From Setoptus koraiensis (Eukaryota > Animalia > Arthropoda): 64,000 bases of DNA. The position numbers and the translations under genes were made by a program. The stretch lies in NCBI GenBank assembly GCA_048013815.1, contig CM106586.1, positions 10,602,001 to 10,666,000 on the forward strand, given 5' to 3'. This document shows, in pieces, positions 58,005 to 64,000 of this stretch (its first letter is position 1; the number at the start of each line of letters is the position of its first letter). Below the pieces are notes generated by a model. That model did no database searches, was not told the DNA's origin, and saw nothing but the letters and a program-made list of their open reading frames with translations.

Positions 58005-59126
58005 ATGCATGGTGGCGTCATAGTCACTCTGACCGTTGTCGGTTGCCTGATTGGCAAGTGTATCGGCGTATCCGGAGATACGAGCGTCGATAAAACCAAG
58101 TCCGTGAAAGAGCTCATTGAACAATTCGAATCCGCTAATGATGCCTACAAAAGCAAGACCATTTCAATTATAAAAGAAGCCACCGAATCCAGCATGCAGA
58201 CCGTGGCAGCGGCAGCTAAACTGTTTGAGCTGACAAAAGATCAAGCGCTTCATGACAGATGTATCAGGTTGCACTTGTTGACCATGTTCATAAATGATGA
58301 GGGTGGCACCAGTGCGGACATTGTAAAAACGATCGCGGAGCAAGAGATTTTGCAGTCGGACGCTCCCGCGTCGCTTGAGAATCGTCTCGCTAAATTGAAA
58401 GAATTTATTCGGCAAGACGCCGGCGGCGGAAACTCTGAAATTGAGGCCGAAATCGACAACTGTCTACAATTCGCCCGTCAACAACAACGACAACAACAAC
58501 AGCTACACTGTGGCCAGTTGCAAGCAAACGACAATGGCGTCTTAAGCAAAAACGAAATCTATTCAGAGGCGTTCAAGATGATGTCTGATTTGAACGATTT
58601 AATGGAAAGAGTGGACAGCACTAAAAGGCTGATGCAAGCAGGCGTAATTCCATATCACAGGTGGATGTATCTGCTCATGGAAATGAGACAAAAGCTTGAA
58701 AAAGCACCCGATACAGTTCCTCCGTCTTATGGGGCCTTCGTAGCTAGACAGCTGAGCGATTTGAAACAAATGAATCACTGCATCAAACTCATGGACGATG
58801 TGATCAAGTTAGAAGAGGCCGGTATGGTAGACGAGGCAGCCTTCATAGACTGGAACATCATGATTGCCAGTATTTTAAGATACAGCTCAAGTAAATACGG
58901 TTGCCCGCCAAGTGTTCGGAGTTTCTTGGAGGACAACAATAGATGTGCAAAGAGCGAATTGAGGGATACATTTGTCAGTCATGCCCTCGAGCTAAAAAGA
59001 GCCAAAAGTAGACAAGAAATTGATAGGGCCAGATACAAGATTCACAACACAATCTCTAACTGTCAACGAGACAACATTCCCATGCCCGCGTGGTACCCAA
59101 AATTGTACTTCACTATCGTGCCCTGA
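58005..59126 (+). CDS. Orphan secreted, predicted alpha-helical protein, 373 aa, intronless
   Basis: Long non-repetitive ORF with the leader MHGGVIVTLTVVGCLIGKCIGVSG, heptad-like amphipathic segments and several Cys. No family recognised. Confidence 0.75.
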   Translation: MHGGVIVTLTVVGCLIGKCIGVSGDTSVDKTKSVKELIEQFESANDAYKSKTISIIKEATESSMQTVAAAAKLFELTKDQALHDRCIRLHLLTMFINDEGGTSADIVKTIAEQEILQSDAPASLENRLAKLKEFIRQDAGGGNSEIEAEIDNCLQFARQQQRQQQQLHCGQLQANDNGVLSKNEIYSEAFKMMSDLNDLMERVDSTKRLMQAGVIPYHRWMYLLMEMRQKLEKAPDTVPPSYGAFVARQLSDLKQMNHCIKLMDDVIKLEEAGMVDEAAFIDWNIMIASILRYSSSKYGCPPSVRSFLEDNNRCAKSELRDTFVSHALELKRAKSRQEIDRARYKIHNTISNCQRDNIPMPAWYPKLYFTIVP

Positions 59127-60552
59127 ATATTCTACACCATTAAAGTCGAGACGCCTATCTTTATTTCGCCCGATATACTCTTCGCCGATCGTGATTTTAT
59201 TACAGCCATATCTCAAGCAGATTGTCCCGTTGCATTTATGCAACTTGATTTATCTTTGCGACATTATATCCATGCAAGTGATATGAGCAAGTGCGGTGAA
59301 AGTCGATTGAAAATACGACTTCAGAAATCGCAACGCGCACTTCTCAAACTTGCCAATAAACTACAGATTTCTGATCGAACGCTTCACCACGGCCATCAGT
59401 TTATTGCGAAGTCACTTATTATCGGTTGTTTATCCACTAACGACGGGAATCTTGTCAGATAGTACTTTCAATTGTTGAATTTTTCTTGTGAACAATGAAA
59501 AAACAAAAGATTCGCTCGCAGTTGATATTTGATTTTCGTCCGAACATGGATGTTATCAAAAACTTGTGAATGTGCCTTCGTTTCAACAAATCAACTCAAG
59601 TCGTTTAGCAATATAGCAATATGATGAGAGATTAGCAAACAATCAATTTCTATTATTATGTAATATTACAATAGACCTTCGATAATTGTGACTATTGGCA
59701 ACGATGCGCGATTTAATCAGTGATACGGCGCTTTCATCTCGCATATTTAGGCTCACAACTCAATCATTTAGACGATTTTCACATGGTTCGAAGCATTCAT
59801 TTCGGTAAGAACTGCCTTGAGATCATCAATGTTTACATATATCATCATGAAAAGATAAGTCAGTTGGTGACTTTCTGATGAAACAACAACAAGAATAAAT
59901 TTCATAATAATCGAATTCAAGGATGTCAGCTTGCAAGTCAAGATAATTGCTAAGACAAGACGATATTCTGCATCATTTGGCAGCTTCAACATCCTTTTAA
60001 AGATTAGAAGCAGTTTAGTAACGATTGTCAGACTTTATCACATTTTTATTAATGATGAGCGACAATTTTGGGCAAGAAACAGACTTACATTGGAGTGGAT
60101 TATCATTTATTGAAACTAATAATTATATTCTAACCAATAACTTTTTATTTGTCTTTATTCGACAAACTAGCGCGGCGTTACAATCTGCATTACGCATTCC
60201 TCAAAATTGCAAATGCACGCAATATTATGCGATAATTTTGGACAAGAAAGTGATGACCGTGATGGAGCGTTTGCATGTCCATATCTTACATATCCATATA
60301 TTTTGCTTCTGAGTGGACCTGAGCAAATTTTCCGATCGTCTTTTGTTTCTGGTATAAAAGCATCGGCTTTTCATTGTCGACGTGCGACGAACAGTCTCAA
60401 GAAAGTTGAGCTGAAGGAACTTTCAACTAATTTATATTCGATCACCGTCACCAAACAATTCGCATTAATTAAGCAATAATAAATTGATCAATCGTTTAAA
60501 GTTACTATCTATCGATAAAACTAAATCAGAATAAAAAGAAACAATTCCGAAA

Positions 60553-61362
60553 ATGAATGTGCTACGACTTCTACTAATATTGTCATGTGTCATAACGGTA
60601 ACTTCTGCCAGTGAGTACACCATTTACGAGCCCGACTATGGTGCCATATACAATCCCTACGATGGTACTAATGACGACCACGACGCTAGTACTAAACACC
60701 ATCACTACAATGGTACTAATTACGACTACAACGCTATTACCAAATACGATCATTTCAATAGTACCAAAGCCTTCCACGAAAACAGCACAGATTGCTGCTC
60801 CGAGGATAGTGCCAAATATAATCGCAACAATAGTATCAAACACAATCGCAACAATAGCACTAAAAACAAACACATCAGTAGTACCGATTACGACTACTTT
60901 GATGAGCGACTAGTGGGTGTAATTATTGATAAGTTCCGCTACGGATTCGATTTCAATAGTTTTTTTGAATATTATCACTTCTTCACGCACACACTAAAGG
61001 AATTCGACCAACACATTAGATGGAATGTCGTAGATCGAGAGGCCGTCGCAATAGCTGAAAGTCATTTATACAATTATGCGCTCTATTATATGCGACCGGA
61101 CCTCGCACTAATGATAGAATTGTACTGTATGGCCTGGAAATACGCGCCAAGACATCGCCCATACTATGCGATTTGCGAAAAAATGTTTATAATACAGCAA
61201 AAAATGCTCACCAACGAACACTTTTGGGAAACCTCATTCATTACACTTCAGCTCATCAGGAGGTTAGTGTTACAGGGCGACCTGCACGAGTCTGACCACG
61301 GCATTTGTAAAATGCGTGGTCAGCATCCTTACTGGCCTAAAAAACAATATAAACACATGTAA
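60553..61362 (+). CDS. Orphan secreted glycoprotein with N-glycosylation-rich repeat region and aromatic-rich C-terminal domain, 269 aa
   Basis: Clear signal peptide MNVLRLLLILSCVITVTSA, multiple N-x-S/T sequons in degenerate repeats (NGT, NST, NNS) and a Y/F/W/H-rich C-terminal half. TATCGATA (DRE-like) at 60510-60517. Confidence 0.78.
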   Translation: MNVLRLLLILSCVITVTSASEYTIYEPDYGAIYNPYDGTNDDHDASTKHHHYNGTNYDYNAITKYDHFNSTKAFHENSTDCCSEDSAKYNRNNSIKHNRNNSTKNKHISSTDYDYFDERLVGVIIDKFRYGFDFNSFFEYYHFFTHTLKEFDQHIRWNVVDREAVAIAESHLYNYALYYMRPDLALMIELYCMAWKYAPRHRPYYAICEKMFIIQQKMLTNEHFWETSFITLQLIRRLVLQGDLHESDHGICKMRGQHPYWPKKQYKHM

Positions 61363-62527
61363 AAGCGCAGATGCATACAGTGAGTTCCGTTGATTGATTT
61401 TGAAGGAACTGATCGAAAACACTGGACAACCAAAACTATGTTACACTATCATACTGTGAATATCTTACATCATTAAAATTGGCGACGTAGAACTTCGTCA
61501 AACAGATATGCTCCGCTCGCTGATTGTGATCTCATTACATGATCTGTATGGCTAAAATTCGGGCAAATTGTTCGATTGTTAAGTTTTGAGCAAACTTGCA
61601 TAATTGAGCAATGATGCATGAGTGTTGCAAAGTTGCAATTCGTTTTGCTGTTCATTTGCACAAAATAAGTCGCTCCACTTGGACTTGCCCCCTTCTTCGG
61701 TACGTGTCCTATTGTCGGACCAATCAAGATTGTGGTGACATTTATTTTTTTCTTACAACCATTCTACCGCATTTATCTTCCTCTATAGTATGCCCTTTCA
61801 ATTATCAGTGATTCATCGAGCCATCTAACCGTGTTCGAATGTATTTGGGGCCCCAAAATAGAAATACCCCGAAAGAAGGCGTGGCGAAGGGGAAGATTTG
61901 CAGCAGGCGGATAAATGTGAAGAAGGTGCACAGGTGAAGTGAAATGATCATTTGTCTTATACGGTGTATAAGTAATACCTTATGTAATGAATTGCCGCAT
62001 GCTGATCAGTGATCACCTTGCTGGCATACCTGTCGTGTGAAAGACCCGCTGAGAGAACGAGGGATAGTTTTACAGTTACAGTTGCATAGTTGTCTATGAA
62101 CATCTGTTAGGTATTTTCAGCGTCGCACATGTCTGACAGCGGCCAATATGTTTCATGTGATGTGTATCAAATATAAACAACAATATCCATTCGATAAGTG
62201 AACACAGTGATTTGCAATGGGCCCATCAAATTCTCAACTCATCCCCTGAGTGTTTATTTCAATTATTGGCCTCGCCTCGATACATCACAACAATACACAT
62301 ATTACGTCATTATTAAATTATTCAACTTGTCACTCGCTATGATGGATTCAGTGGAGGGACGCGTTTTGCCACTAGACGCCTGAACAATATCAACACAGAC
62401 AACATATAGCACAATTAATTTATTTTCTACGTCTGGCCAATGGTGACTCCAGCCACTAACAAGCATCAAATCTCATCGCTACAACCCACAAACATTGGAT
62501 GCAGTTAGCCTGGTCGTCACATCAGAT

Positions 62528-64000
62528 ATGGCTATTTTACCCCCCGTCACCCTGGAGATAGTGGCCTGTTTTATATTATCCACCTCACTATTATATAAAT
62601 ATGCCGATTTTGTCAATCAGAATGTCATCACTATTGTGGCTGTCTTTGTTAGCTGGTTCTTCTCATTCATGGTCATATTCTTATTGCCAGCGGACATATC
62701 ATCGACCGCCTACCTCCAGTGTCTGGCAGATTACAACAACACGACAGCCACAACAACCAATTCAACCAATGCCGACGGCACAATCACAAATTTTGAGATA
62801 GCATCAATTGCAACAAATTTCACTAACAATGCAAACAATAATCTATTAACAGATTTCAACATAACAGCCGAAAGGCAGAACGTGATTCAAAATCTTTCAA
62901 CTATAACAGGCTCTCTCGCGCAACAAGAGCCACACGCCACAATTCCATATGTCACCGATGGCCAATCACCAGATATAATAAACAACAATACAACTCCATC
63001 TAACAATGTCACACAGGCTTGTACTGTTCCCTGGAATTATGTCTCTTTTAGGGCTTTGACAAAACTGTGGCGTTTTATCTACTGGAGCAGTCAATTTTTA
63101 ACATGGATTATACTGCCACTGATGCAATCATATTCTATGGCCGGCGATTTCACATCTTGGGACAAATTTAAATCGGCGCTCAAGGCGAATCTCATCTATT
63201 ACTCATCTTACGGAGCCATATTCTTAATATTGCTCGTATACGTTGTATTTAAGAATGGTCTCGACTTTGATAGCCTTAGAGTGATCATAATAACTTCATC
63301 TAATACATGGGGTCTATTCCTGCTAGTGATTCTTCTTGGTTATGGACTGGTCGAGCTGCCTCGTTATCTCATCAGGCGGAGTAGATGCGCCAACTCATTG
63401 AATCAACTGTACTATCAAGTCGCCAGATTAAATGCGGAAAAATGTGAAGCAGAAGAGAAGCTGGATGATTCTTTGGAGGAGATACAACAGGCATTCACAT
63501 TGCTCAACGATTCAGAGAATCATACTCTGCGAAGATGCTTAGATTTAATCGTTGACAAGTGTCCCCCGGATTGGAAGCGCCGATCTATAGCATTTAGACG
63601 CCAAAATGCGGCCACAAACAGTTCTACTCATATCAATATAAACGAGGAACTCAATTTAGATAAAATGATAAGATTGCATCGTAAAGTGATAAAGAGTGTA
63701 CACTTTTATCGCCAAACAAACTGCCGTTGGACGCAACTAACCAGAGAAGTAGTTGAATGGGAAGATGTCGCTCGTTGTCAGGCAATCGATTCATCGCATG
63801 GCAGGGTGTTTCAATCTTCCATTCCCAGGAGAACAAATCAATCCATTTACGATGCCATCAAATACTCCATTTTTACATCCAAAGTCGAATGGTATTGGAA
63901 ATGCTCATTTAGAGCTTGGCTACTGAGAGGAATGGGTTTTGCTATGGCGGCATTATCGTTGGCGGTTGTTTGGTCCGAGTTGACATTCTCAATACATCAG
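62528..64000 (+). CDS. LMBRD2: LMBR1-domain membrane protein LMBRD2, 3'-truncated by the window edge (absent from the ORF track because no stop lies in the window)
   Basis: MAILPPVTLEIVACF...LYKYADF...SWFFSFMVIFLLPADIS...LWRFIYWSSQFLTWIILPLMQSY...SNTWGLFLLVILLGYGLVELPR. No in-frame stop was noticed before 64000. Confidence 0.9.
   Translation, partial: MAILPPVTLEIVACFILSTSLLYKYADFVNQNVITIVAVFVSWFFSFMVIFLLPADISSTAYLQCLADYNNTTATTTNSTNADGTITNFEIASIATNFTNNANNNLLTDFNITAERQNVIQNLSTITGSLAQQEPHATIPYVTDGQSPDIINNNTTPSNNVTQACTVPWNYVSFRALTKLWRFIYWSSQFLTWIILPLMQSYSMAGDFTSWDKFKSALKANLIYYSSYGAIFLILLVYVVFKNGLDFDSLRVIIITSSNTWGLFLLVILLGYGLVELPRYLIRRSRCANSLNQLYYQVARLNAEKCEAEEKLDDSLEEIQQAFTLLNDSENHTLRRCLDLIVDKCPPDWKRRSIAFRRQNAATNSSTHININEELNLDKMIRLHRKVIKSVHFYRQTNCRWTQLTREVVEWEDVARCQAIDSSHGRVFQSSIPRRTNQSIYDAIKYSIFTSKVEWYWKCSFRAWLLRGMGFAMAALSLAVVWSELTFSIHQ

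Noticed and set aside
1-64000. CRISPR arrays, rRNA, transposase or reverse-transcriptase ORFs
   Set aside because: No repeat-spacer arrays, rRNA-like conserved segments or TE protein motifs were seen.

Overview
Compact, AT-rich eukaryotic (animal) DNA, most likely from a mite. The mostly intronless housekeeping genes and abundant CAA/GT microsatellites resemble eriophyoid mites (inference, not verified). The left 46 kb holds tightly packed conserved genes: CNEP1R1, MED10, TOMM40, a TSP-less ADAMTS-like protease, UQCR11, a COX14-like peptide, ARHGAP19-like, RPB2, CoA synthase, CKS1, cyclin B, MetAP1, Asterix/WDR83OS, a PPP1R3 glycogen-targeting subunit, two tandem Reeler-domain genes, mitochondrial IF2 and a BTG protein. 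Many of these sit in head-to-head pairs. From 49.8 to 61.4 kb lies a cluster of small or orphan secreted-protein genes, several missed by the ORF track because they are spliced. An LMBRD2 gene runs off the right end. Two observations stand out. (1) A three-member family of short secreted peptides shares the layout signal-(E/S)AG-Lys-rich-VI(V/I)-Gly-YP(IP)n-x-Cys-Gly/His-rich, with a poly-Arg tail in two members. (2) The CKS1/cyclin B bidirectional promoter is built from a mirror-duplicated ~100-bp cassette whose three motif blocks are conserved while the spacers have diverged. No CRISPR array, rRNA, tRNA or recognisable transposon was found. All calls were made by eye, without database searches.
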